A DNA stretch of 64,000 bases from a candidate division FCPU426 bacterium (lineage in GTDB: Bacteria; Oederibacteriota; Muellerivitia; Muellerivitales; Muellerivitaceae). This document shows, piece by piece, positions 39,061 to 48,119 of the stretch. The translations under genes and the position numbers were made by a program. The DNA is taken from NCBI GenBank assembly GCA_963738405.1, contig CAVTWJ010000021.1, positions 41,298-105,297 on the forward strand. The letters are read 5' to 3'. The notes under the pieces are model-generated. The model had not been told where the DNA came from. It saw only the letters and a list, made by a program, of their open reading frames with translations, and made no database searches. The number at the start of each line of letters is the position of its first letter. Within the stretch, counting starts at the first letter, position 1.

Positions 39061-39264
39061 CTCCGGGTTCTGCCCCGGAATAACCAGTAAAACCAAAGCT
39101 CCAAACTTTTATTCTCTCAACCCGTAAAATTGGCAAAAGGCATTCGAAGCACATTGAACACACAAAATATCACTTTTTGCCCTTCCCCACCCCACCCATT
39201 GGGGTGGTTATTGATCTTTCAGCTAGAAAAAAGGGATAAAAAAACCTATTGAGAGGGTTTTAAA

Positions 39265-40161
39265 TCATCGCCGGATAATAAGAATAACCGCCCCCACGAT
39301 CAAACCCGAGGCCAATATAACGGAGAGGGTTACGGGCTCCCCTGCCCAGGCCCATCCAAGAAACACCGCGATCACTGGATTGACGAAGGCATAGGCGGAA
39401 GCTAACGCCGGGGTGGCCCGATGAAGGACCCAGATATAAGACGTGAACCCCACCAAAGAACCGACGAGGCCCAGATAAGCCCAGGCCCACCATGAACCGG
39501 AAGAGATTTGAGCTAAATGAAACCCCGTCATCTCCCCAATCAAAATCGCTCCCAAAAGCTGAAAAACACCTCCAGCGATCATTTCCATTGAGGTGGCAAG
39601 AAAAACCGAATCCGGTAAGTTAGCTTGTCTGGCGTAGATGGAACCCATGGCCCAGCTAACCGGGGTTAAGATCAGAACGAGCATTCTCCAACCGACGGGT
39701 TTTTCCCCATAACCTGCAAACCCGGGTATCGTCAACAAAGCGACCCCGGTAAGGCCCAAAACGATACCCCACCAGATTGAAGTATTGGGTTTACTTTTTT
39801 TCCCCAAAACCATTCCACCAAAACCATCCAAAGGGGAACGGTCGCCACCAAAAGAGCCGCCACACCCGAGGGCACCTCACGCTCCGCCCAACTGACCCCG
39901 CCATTGGAGAAGAAGACCAGTAAAAAAACCCACAATGGCCGCGCTCTTCCATTGATTCCATGTGGGCCGAGATTCACCTTTCATTCGGTTAATCGCGTAG
40001 AGAAGAATTCCCGAGAAAAGAAATCGGCTTCCCGCCATGAGAAGGGGAGGGAAAGTCGAAACCGAAATGCGGATGGCCAGGTAGGTCGAACCCCAGACCA
40101 AGTAAACGCACCCAAGGGCCAGCCACACATCGGGAGTCAGGGAATGGTTTCGTCTAGGCAT
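39265..40161 (-). pseudogene. EamA/YedA-type DMT transporter with two compensating frameshifts
   Basis: VYLVWGSTYLAIR in the first frame; NGGVSWAE...SGVAALLVATVPLW in a shifted frame; YAFVNPVIAV back in the first frame. Switches occur at 7-nt homopolymers 39922-39928 and 39795-39801. Confidence 0.8.
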
Positions 40162-40215
40162 GAAGAGGTCCGTGAATTATGATGAAATCATATTGGTTAA
40201 GACTAGGGGCTCATT

Positions 40216-41199
40216 ATGACGGAAATGCAGCAAATCACCCCTCGGGCGAAAAAAAATATATTCCTAATACGTTTTATTTTGGCTTTGATTTTACTTTGTT
40301 TCGCGTTCTTTTATCTTCAACCACATCCCGAAAAAAAAGAATTAGTTCTTATTTATTCAGCCGTATTAATCGCTTCCTTTTTTCCCTTCTTTTCCATGAC
40401 CGAAGAACAATTTGAGAAGATCCGGTTTCAATATGTCGTGTTTTCCATGGACTTCGTGTTTCTTTTAAGTGGGCTTTTTCTCTTTGATCACTTTGAAACC
40501 AACCTGCTCATCATGCTGTTTTTCACTTTTTTCATTTCCGCCTTGAGCCAGTCGCCCGGCCGTAGCTTTGTCGTATCGATTCCTGTCATCGCCCTTTACG
40601 TTTACCTCAACTATATGAAAAGCGACGTATTTAACGTCATGGATCCGGTGCTCTTTCTTTCCTGCGCTTTACTTTTGGTTGTGGCCATCCATGCCGGTTA
40701 TCTCGCCTACCGAACGGTTCAACAAGAGAAAGAAATAATCGAATTGGCTAAGAAGGCAAATCTCTTAGCCGAAAAGGTACGAGAAGGGGATCAGGCCGCC
40801 TTGGAATACGCCTCCACCCTCAAAAATGTTCTGGACGCCTTGCCCGTCGGGGCCATCGCCGTTTCAACCCAACAAACGATTCTTTTCGTTAACAGCCGTG
40901 TTGGAAAAATATTGGATTTGAATCCCCGGTCCCTCATTAACCTTTACCTGCCCGAAAAGACCACTCCCTTAGGCGAAATTGGCGTCCTGATGGCCAAAGC
41001 CATCAAGGATCGGCATGAATTGAAAAGAGAATATCTGGATATCGAGTGGAAAGGCGTCCCCAAGAGGTTCCGATTGGACAGCGCCACCGGTGCCGCCGGA
41101 CCTAACGGAAAGGTTTGGGGAACCTTGTTTGTGCTCCAGGAAACCCATCGAACACCGGAAGAAAATCCCTCCGTACCTGATCCTTTGCTGAAAGACTGA
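40216..41199 (+). CDS. Membrane sensor-like protein (about 5 TMs, coiled coil, PAS; no output domain)
   Basis: Hydrophobic N-half; LKNVLDALPVGAIAV...ILFVN...GTLFVLQE PAS pattern; no His-kinase or GGDEF domain. Confidence 0.75.
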   Translation: MTEMQQITPRAKKNIFLIRFILALILLCFAFFYLQPHPEKKELVLIYSAVLIASFFPFFSMTEEQFEKIRFQYVVFSMDFVFLLSGLFLFDHFETNLLIMLFFTFFISALSQSPGRSFVVSIPVIALYVYLNYMKSDVFNVMDPVLFLSCALLLVVAIHAGYLAYRTVQQEKEIIELAKKANLLAEKVREGDQAALEYASTLKNVLDALPVGAIAVSTQQTILFVNSRVGKILDLNPRSLINLYLPEKTTPLGEIGVLMAKAIKDRHELKREYLDIEWKGVPKRFRLDSATGAAGPNGKVWGTLFVLQETHRTPEENPSVPDPLLKD

Positions 41200-41433
41200 A
41201 TCTTTGATTTTCCTCTCGCCTTGTGGTCCCCCCATTCCATCCCCTTAATTTCCTTACATTCCGGGACTTAGAAAGGTCTTTCGAGCGCCTCTCGCTTGTG
41301 GTGCGGCGATTCCCTGCGACCGAAAGCGGCAAAAAAATAAAAAAACTGTTTCAGGAGTATTCTCGCTTTAGTCCTTCATCCTTTTCCATTCCCGACTCAC
41401 AGACTCACGCCAAAATAAAAAAATAATATATTT

Positions 41434-41474
41434 TGTTACGTAACACTCGCATTTTTTTTGTTTCGTGTTAAAAT
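41434..41474 (+). promoter_or_regulatory. Palindromic operator plus extended -10 promoter of the micro-gene
   Basis: Perfect palindrome TGTTACGTAACA at 41434-41445; TG-T-TAAAAT at 41466-41474. Confidence 0.6.
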
Positions 41475-41503
41475 GTCGTAAATTCGCTAAGAAGGAGGGA
41501 CCC

Positions 41504-41554
41504 GTGGCGAAGAAAGTTGCTAAGAAGAAACCCGCGAAGAAAAAGAAGAAGTAA
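41504..41554 (+). CDS. 16-aa lysine-rich micropeptide MAKKVAKKKPAKKKKK
   Basis: AAGGAGG 5 nt before the GTG, TAA stop, promoter upstream and terminator downstream; below the ORF-track cutoff. Confidence 0.7.
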   Translation: MAKKVAKKKPAKKKKK

Positions 41555-41578
41555 ATTCTTCATGACTGTTTTGTTTGC

Positions 41579-41610
41579 AAGCCCGTCCCCATTCGGGGAC
41601 GGGCTTTTTT
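41579..41610 (+). terminator. Strong intrinsic terminator after the micro-gene
   Basis: AAGCCCGTCCCC-attc-GGGGACGGGCTT plus T-run. Confidence 0.92.
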
Positions 41611-41968
41611 CATTTTAAGCTCTAGTAAGAGCCCCAAAGTTTTTAGGCGACTCCTGAAATTCCCATTTTTAATCCCTCTAAAAAACATTTAGTGAAACCA
41701 AATCATAAAAAGTATCAATGCGTCGAATGGAAGATCAAATTGGAAAAATTTATTGAAATTTAATTTATGGGCGTTTATCAACGTCTTTAGTTATTCTTGA
41801 ATGCCTGGTTTATTGGGTTTTTAAACCGATTTTGGAACCGTGGACGATATCAAACATTTCCTTGGTAAATTCGCACCCTTCCCATTGAAAAATATTGATA
41901 GTCCTTGATTTATACGCTTTGAAAAAAAACATTACGTTCTTAAGCAACCGAATACAAAAATAAGAATA

Positions 41969-42697
41969 TCAACCAAACACTTTGTTCCAAAGAATCCGCA
42001 AGGGATCATAATACTTATCCACAACCCTCTCCTTAAGCGGAATAATGGCGTTGTCCGTAATGTGGATATCCTCGGGACAAACCTCAGTACAGCATTTGGT
42101 GATATTACATAGACCCAGACCATGTTGGTCCTTGAGAAGGCCGGTTCGGTCTAACTTATCGATAGGATGCATTTCGAGAGAGGCGATACGCGCGAAAAAG
42201 CGGGGACCCGCGAATTGACCCTGCATATTGTGTTCACGCAAAACATGACAAGTGTTTTGGCAGAGGAAGCATTCGATGCATTTTCGGAATTCCTGCACTC
42301 GATCCACGTCCCTTTGCTCCCATTGCCACACAGCCCCATCCTTCGGGGTAAAGGGCGGAATCTTTTTATTAACTTCATAGTTATAGGAAACGTCAGTTGC
42401 CAGATCTTTCATGAGCGGGAAGGCTTTCATCGGGGTGACGGTAATGGTTTGACCTTCCTCAAACTCGTTCAGGCGGGTCATGCACATCAGCCGAGGTTTT
42501 CCGTTCACTTCAGCCGAGCAGGAGCCGCATTTACCCGCCTTGCAATTCCAACGGCAGGCCAGGTCGGGGGTTTGAGTCGCTTGGAGGCGGTGGATGGCGT
42601 CCAACACCACCATCCCCTCCTCCACCTCCACATCGTAATCTTTAAGCTCCCCGCCTTCGGAGTTACCCCGGTAAACCTTCATGTGAACCATCGACAT
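41969..42697 (-). CDS. sdhB: Succinate dehydrogenase/fumarate reductase iron-sulfur subunit (Sdh1-like)
   Basis: CRWNCKAGKCGSC, CIECFLCQNTC, CNITKCCTEVCP. Confidence 0.93.
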   Translation of the reverse strand: MSMVHMKVYRGNSEGGELKDYDVEVEEGMVVLDAIHRLQATQTPDLACRWNCKAGKCGSCSAEVNGKPRLMCMTRLNEFEEGQTITVTPMKAFPLMKDLATDVSYNYEVNKKIPPFTPKDGAVWQWEQRDVDRVQEFRKCIECFLCQNTCHVLREHNMQGQFAGPRFFARIASLEMHPIDKLDRTGLLKDQHGLGLCNITKCCTEVCPEDIHITDNAIIPLKERVVDKYYDPLRILWNKVFG

Positions 42698-42723
42698 TCC
42701 GTCCTCCTCATTACATCTTTAGC

Positions 42724-44607
42724 TTAAGAAGCCGCGGGCGCTTCCCCGCGGATTTGTTTTAAGATTTCCGGTTTTAATAAATGCTCGTTCACCAATTCAT
42801 TTTCCAACTCGGAGGGAATTTGCGGCAGGGCTTCCTGGGCCACTTCCATGGTTCCGTTTTTATGCCGAACCACAATCCGCTTTTTAGCAAACTCTTTTGA
42901 GTAATCCGGGCAGTCGGTGCGCGTATGTCCTCCCCGGGATTCCTTCCGTTCTTTGGCCGCCCGGGTTATCGCCTCGCCAACAATGAGCATATTTCGAAGA
43001 TCAAGGGCCACGTGCCAGCCAGGGTTGAAAAGTCTATTTCCCTCCGCCGACACCTTTTGCAAACGATCCTGAAGGATCGCCAAGTCTTTTAAACCCTGGT
43101 CCAATAGTTTCTCTTCACGGTACATACCCGCTCCCTTTTCCATCGCCGTCTGCAGGTCGGCCAGAATGGCATAGGAAACTTCTCCCGGAGGGTTTGCAAA
43201 GGGCTGGTCCATTTGACGGTTGAGTTCGGAAAGGCTGTCCTCATTTATCTTAGGCGTTCCATTTTTCTTGGCGAATGCCGCGGCGTGTTCGCCGGCCAGT
43301 TTGCCGAATACCACCAAATCGGAAAGGGAGTTGCCCCCAAGGCGGTTGGAGCCGTGCATCCCGGCCGAGCATTCACCCGCTGCGAAAAGGCCCGGCACCG
43401 TGGACATTTGGGTTTCGGGGTCGACCTTGACCCCTCCCATCATGTAATGGCAGGTTGGGGCAATTTCCATGGGAACCTGAGTGATATCCACATCCGCCAA
43501 TTGTTTGAACTGGTGGTACATGGAGGGAAGTTTTTTCTTGATGTCCTCCGGACTGCGACGGGAGGCGATGTCGAGATAGACGCCGCCATGTTCGCTGCCG
43601 CGCCCCTCATGAATCTCGTTCCAAAGGGCCCGGGCTGTCACATCTCGGCTCATGAGTTCGGGAGGCTTTCGTTCCTTCACCGTTTCCTCTTTTTGTCCCT
43701 CCACCACGACCTTTTTAAACCAAGTGTTGGCTTCTTCTTCCGTATCGGCGTATTTTCCCTGGTACTTGGGCGGGATGTACTTGAACATAAACCTTTCGCC
43801 CTTGTTGTTTTTCAAAACCCCTCCCTCGCCGCGGACGCCTTCGGTGATCAAGAGTCCCCTTACGGAAGGAGGCCAAACCATTCCAGTGGGGTGAAACTGG
43901 ACATATTCCATGTCGGCTAATTCGGCTCCCGCCAGGTAAGCCAGGGCGAATCCGTCGCCGGTGCATTCCCAGGAGTTGGAATTTACCCGGTAAAGTTTGC
44001 CGATACCGCCAGTTGAAAGAATAATCGACTTGGCCTTAAAGAGAACGGGGCGGCCCGTTTCGCGGAAATAGCCGTAGGCTCCGGCGATACGGTCCCCGTC
44101 TTTGAGGAGGGCATAAATGGTGCATTCCATATGCACCTCAATGCCCGAATGCACTCCCTTGTCCTGAAGGGTACGAATGAGTTCCAACCCGGTCCGGTCG
44201 CCGACATGGGCGAGGCGCTTGTAGGTATGGCCCCCGAAATGGCGGACGTTGATGTTGCCCTTGCCGTCGGTAGTACGGTCAAACACCGCCCCCCATTTTT
44301 CCAGCTCCCTTACCCGGTCGGGTGCCTGTTGGGCGTGGATCTGGGCCATACGCCAGTGGTTGGCGAAGTTGCCGCCGAGAAGGGTGTCGCAAAAATGCTG
44401 GCGCCAGGAATCCCGGGAATCCACCGTGGCCAAAGCTGCGGCGATGCCGCCCTCGGCCATGACCGTGTGGGCCTTACCCAAAAGGGATTTGCAGACAAGC
44501 CCGGTTTTGCAACCCGCGGCAGAGGCCTCAATGGCGGCCCTTAATCCCGCTCCACCCGCTCCGATCACCAGCACGTCGTATTCGTATGATTGATAGCTGT
44601 CGCTCAT
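42724..44607 (-). CDS. sdhA: Succinate dehydrogenase/fumarate reductase flavoprotein subunit
   Basis: GAGGAG, AHTVMAEGG (covalent FAD His), QFHPTG, HYMMGG, HGSNRLGGNSL. Confidence 0.95.
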   Translation of the reverse strand: MSDSYQSYEYDVLVIGAGGAGLRAAIEASAAGCKTGLVCKSLLGKAHTVMAEGGIAAALATVDSRDSWRQHFCDTLLGGNFANHWRMAQIHAQQAPDRVRELEKWGAVFDRTTDGKGNINVRHFGGHTYKRLAHVGDRTGLELIRTLQDKGVHSGIEVHMECTIYALLKDGDRIAGAYGYFRETGRPVLFKAKSIILSTGGIGKLYRVNSNSWECTGDGFALAYLAGAELADMEYVQFHPTGMVWPPSVRGLLITEGVRGEGGVLKNNKGERFMFKYIPPKYQGKYADTEEEANTWFKKVVVEGQKEETVKERKPPELMSRDVTARALWNEIHEGRGSEHGGVYLDIASRRSPEDIKKKLPSMYHQFKQLADVDITQVPMEIAPTCHYMMGGVKVDPETQMSTVPGLFAAGECSAGMHGSNRLGGNSLSDLVVFGKLAGEHAAAFAKKNGTPKINEDSLSELNRQMDQPFANPPGEVSYAILADLQTAMEKGAGMYREEKLLDQGLKDLAILQDRLQKVSAEGNRLFNPGWHVALDLRNMLIVGEAITRAAKERKESRGGHTRTDCPDYSKEFAKKRIVVRHKNGTMEVAQEALPQIPSELENELVNEHLLKPEILKQIRGEAPAAS

Positions 44608-44643
44608 GATTTCAAAACACTCCTATCCTCTAGATTCACTTCA

Positions 44644-45411
44644 TTAAAAGATTTTGAGATCGGTCCAAATACCCATCGCGACAAGGCGGACATAAAGGTC
44701 CGCGAACCCAACCGTAAAAAGTGAAAGCCAGCCCCAAAGGGGGTGATCCTCATTGAGTTTGCTGACCCTGCACCAAGCCTTGTATCGAAAATCATTGGTG
44801 GGGCAATTGGAGAAACAATCCAGTTTTCCTCCCACCAGATGCCGCCAGGCGTGACAACTGAAAACATAGAGTGTTAATAAAATTGTATCCGCCAACAACA
44901 CAACCGTACCCATCCCCACGTAATAGGTTTTCGGACCTTCGATCGTGAAAGCCTTGATGAGATCAATCCAATGGTTAATAACGAGAAGCACGGCCAAATA
45001 TAGAAAATAGCGATGAATGTTTTGCAGGATAAAGGGAAAACCCTGCTCGCCTTTGTATTCCCGGGGTTCTTCCCCCACCGCACAGGCGGGCGGGTCTTGA
45101 AACAAAGCGCGGTAATAGGCCTTGCGGAAGTAATAACAGGTGCCCCGGAATCCCGCAGGGGCCCAAAGAATCAGGATGGCCGGGGACCATTTAAACCAGG
45201 AGGGGCTGAGAAAGGGCGAAAAAGCCGGCGAAACATAGGAACCCCATTGGTAATAAACCTCGCCGTTCGGACCGTAAGGAGTAAAAGCGGCCCAGGTCAT
45301 GTAAACGATAAAGGCAAGAAGACCCAACCCAATGACCAGCGACTCCCGCCACCATTCGTCCTGCCGTAGGGTTACACCCGCGCCCTTTTGGGTTCTAACG
45401 TCAATCGACAT
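44644..45411 (-). CDS. Sdh1-type membrane anchor subunit (mycobacterial Rv0249c-like)
   Basis: RGTCYYFRKAYYR, FPFILQNIHRY, CHAWRH; several TMs; directly upstream of sdhA. Confidence 0.85.
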   Translation of the reverse strand: MSIDVRTQKGAGVTLRQDEWWRESLVIGLGLLAFIVYMTWAAFTPYGPNGEVYYQWGSYVSPAFSPFLSPSWFKWSPAILILWAPAGFRGTCYYFRKAYYRALFQDPPACAVGEEPREYKGEQGFPFILQNIHRYFLYLAVLLVINHWIDLIKAFTIEGPKTYYVGMGTVVLLADTILLTLYVFSCHAWRHLVGGKLDCFSNCPTNDFRYKAWCRVSKLNEDHPLWGWLSLFTVGFADLYVRLVAMGIWTDLKIF

Positions 45412-45491
45412 ACTTATCTCCTAAAAAAATAATTTTTTACCCCTCAAACCTTTTATTCACAATAACCGTTCGAGGATTTGAACGCATTTTT

Positions 45492-46481
45492 CTACAATTT
45501 CAGGTTGGAACTATGGCCTGGGGTGGCTTTTTCATTCGGGTTGATATAGGTCTTGGCGAAATTAACAGCCGTTGCACCTTCCGAATAACCGGTTGCGATC
45601 AAATCCAGCTTGCCGGGATGGGTCACGATATCACCCGCCGCGTAAATGCCGGGAATATTCGTTTCCATCCTTTGATTCACCGGAATCTTGTTTTTCTCAA
45701 GCACCAATCCCCAATCCTTCAGGAAGGAGAGGGAAGCCTGGAAGCCGAAATTGAGAACCACGAAATCCATAGGAAGAGTTTCGTCCTGGTTGGTGTGGTT
45801 TTCGTAAATGACCGCTTCCTCCACCTTACCGTTTCCCTTGACAGTGCGGAGCTCGTACCACAGTTTAACTTCGACGGAGGAGGCCTTCAGTTTTCGGACA
45901 GATTCCTCATGGGCCCTAAATTCATCCCGGCGGTGGACCAGGGTCACTTTGGAACAGATGGGTTCCAGCATCAAAGCCCAATCCAGGGCGGAGTCCCCGC
46001 CTCCTACTACCAGGGCTCTTTTCCCCTTAAAGGGTTCCAAGGAAAGAATTCCATATTGCACACCCTTGTCCTCATAGGGAACCAGTTCGGCGTTGGGATG
46101 TTTTTTGGGCGTAAAAGATCCCATGCCCAGGGTTAAAACGACCGCCTTACTATGGTGAAGAACTCCCTTTTCTGTCGTCAGTTCAAACACGTTGTCAGGG
46201 CGCTTAACGAGATGGCTCACCCTTTCCCCTAAAACGATTGTGGGTTTAAACCGCATTAGCTGTTCTTCCATGTCTTTTACCAGCTGTTTGCCGGATACGC
46301 GGGGAAACCCCGCCACATCGTATATATCTTTTTCCGGGTACATGGCCGCCACTTGTCCGCCCAGTTGTTCCAGGGAATCAATAATTTTGGTTTTCATACC
46401 GCGAAGGCCTGCGTAAAACCCGCCGAACATACCGGCAGGTCCGGCCCCCACAATGATGATGTCGAATATTTCCTCGGCCAT
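45492..46481 (-). CDS. Ferredoxin-NADP(+) reductase, TrxR-type (YumC-like)
   Basis: GAGPAG, LGGQ...YPEKDIYDVAGF, GGGDSALDWA, HRRDEFRAH; no CxxC. Confidence 0.9.
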   Translation of the reverse strand: MAEEIFDIIIVGAGPAGMFGGFYAGLRGMKTKIIDSLEQLGGQVAAMYPEKDIYDVAGFPRVSGKQLVKDMEEQLMRFKPTIVLGERVSHLVKRPDNVFELTTEKGVLHHSKAVVLTLGMGSFTPKKHPNAELVPYEDKGVQYGILSLEPFKGKRALVVGGGDSALDWALMLEPICSKVTLVHRRDEFRAHEESVRKLKASSVEVKLWYELRTVKGNGKVEEAVIYENHTNQDETLPMDFVVLNFGFQASLSFLKDWGLVLEKNKIPVNQRMETNIPGIYAAGDIVTHPGKLDLIATGYSEGATAVNFAKTYINPNEKATPGHSSNLKL

Positions 46482-46599
46482 GGGTTTCCCCCTCGCTTGG
46501 TTTTTGGAACGAATGTGATTTGAGCGTTTTTTATAGACTGCTTTATTTAAATACTAAACTTTATTGCCGATTTTAAGATCACGATCAGGTGAATAATTT

Positions 46600-47043
46600 C
46601 TAACGGTGCGGCGTATAAGACAGATTAGGCGCGGGACGTTCAACCGCGATGCTTTCCTTAATGCAAACGGTTTCGCAAAGTTTGCAACTGACGCATTTTT
46701 TCTCGTCTACGACCGCTATTTTGAAAAATTCAGGGTGATCGTGCCGTGGCTGCATGGAAATACAGTCAAAGGGACAGATGTCGACACAAAATTCGCAGGC
46801 CGTGCAGGTTTCAGGATCCACTTTCGCCTTGGGGATGGCGAGAGGTTTTATTTTTTTAACGATATCACCCAGGGGGTCAATGATGGCTTCGACAGGGCAA
46901 TGGATGCCGCAAACACCGCAGTCGATGCAGAGGGCTGGATCAATGTGGTGAAGGTTTTTCTTATCGCCCGCGATGGCTTCAGTGGGGCATTTAACCGCGC
47001 AGAGAGTGCAGCCGATGCAATTGTCTAGAATGACGTGCGGCAT
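46600..47043 (-). CDS. Polyferredoxin with four [4Fe-4S] motifs
   Basis: Four CxxCxxCxxxC(P) motifs. Confidence 0.92.
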   Translation of the reverse strand: MPHVILDNCIGCTLCAVKCPTEAIAGDKKNLHHIDPALCIDCGVCGIHCPVEAIIDPLGDIVKKIKPLAIPKAKVDPETCTACEFCVDICPFDCISMQPRHDHPEFFKIAVVDEKKCVSCKLCETVCIKESIAVERPAPNLSYTPHR

Positions 47044-47114
47044 AAGCGCTCCCCTAATTTCAAGGCAAGAAACCTGACAGCTTTAAGTAGGAATATTTAA
47101 TCAAAAGGCCCAGA

Positions 47115-47150
47115 AAAATAAAAGGCCCTTCTGAAAGAGAAGGGCCTTTT
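47115..47150 (-). terminator. Terminator hairpin after korB
   Basis: AAAAGGCCCTTCT...AGAAGGGCCTTTT with A/T tracts on both sides. Confidence 0.8.
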
Positions 47151-47171
47151 GTCGTCCTTGTTGTTTTAAAT

Positions 47172-48068
47172 TTAAACGTACTCTTCAATCAATTTTTTGC
47201 GTTGTTCCGATGTTAAACCCAACTTCTTTGTCTTGGCCAAGCCCGCGCCCTGCAGGGCCGGGTCCGCCGCGTCGAGGGAAGGCTGGGGATTCGGGTTTTT
47301 GTAGAAAACCCCTATGGGGATCTGCGCTCCCCACTCTTTGGAACGTTCCATTCCGGAAGCCCAGTCGGTGGGGTTGTGGCCCTTATCTTCCAGCTTATAG
47401 ACACGTTCCTTGAACCATCCGAAGGTATTTTGCTTGTTAAAGGTGACGCAGGGGCTGAAGACGTCGATCAGGGCAAAACCCGGATACTGGATGGCCTGGG
47501 TATAGAGGCTCTTTAAGTGATTGATATCGCCGGAGAACCCGCGCGCCACAAAACCGCATCCGGCCGCCAGCGCCAGTGCGATGGGGTTCAACTGTCCCTC
47601 GGGATTTCCGTTGGGGGTGGACTTGGTCTTCATCCCGGACTCGGAAGTGGGCGAAGTCTGGCCGGTGGTCAGGCCGTAGATCTCGTTGTCCATGACGATA
47701 TAGGTCATATTGACGTTGCGGCGCATAGAATGGATGAAATGGCCTTGGCCGATTCCGTAGCCGTCCCCGTCGCCGCCGCAGGCGATAACGGTCATCTCAT
47801 GGTTGCCCATCTTGGCGCCAGTGGCTACCGGCAGGGAACGACCGTGCAGGGAATGCATGCCATAAGACCGGAAAAAGCCGGGCAGGTTGGACGAACATCC
47901 GATTCCCGAAACCACCATCAATTGCTCGTTGGGGATTCCCAGTTCGCCACAGGCGCGCTGGAGAACGGTCAAGACCCCGTAGTCCCCGCAACCTGGACAC
48001 CAATCCGGCGGGATTTCCGGTTTATAAAGTTTCGCGTCCCTCGGTGCTGCTACGACTGCTGTCGCCAT
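47172..48068 (-). CDS. korB: 2-oxoacid:ferredoxin oxidoreductase beta subunit (probably 2-oxoglutarate)
   Basis: WCPGCG, SGIGCS, HGR, GGDGD TPP motif, YGLTTGQTSPT. Substrate inferred from context. Confidence 0.88.
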   Translation of the reverse strand: MATAVVAAPRDAKLYKPEIPPDWCPGCGDYGVLTVLQRACGELGIPNEQLMVVSGIGCSSNLPGFFRSYGMHSLHGRSLPVATGAKMGNHEMTVIACGGDGDGYGIGQGHFIHSMRRNVNMTYIVMDNEIYGLTTGQTSPTSESGMKTKSTPNGNPEGQLNPIALALAAGCGFVARGFSGDINHLKSLYTQAIQYPGFALIDVFSPCVTFNKQNTFGWFKERVYKLEDKGHNPTDWASGMERSKEWGAQIPIGVFYKNPNPQPSLDAADPALQGAGLAKTKKLGLTSEQRKKLIEEYV

Positions 48069-48119
48069 AATTTCCTCCTGGAAAATTGCCTCCCCTTTCG
48101 GGGAAAGGTTGAATAAAAT

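Noticed and set aside
41620..42030. AT-rich stretch as a replication origin, or a 40-aa minus-strand ORF
   Set aside because: The only nearby TTATCCACA is a single copy inside sdhB, with no box cluster or dnaA; the small ORF lacks an RBS and any motif.
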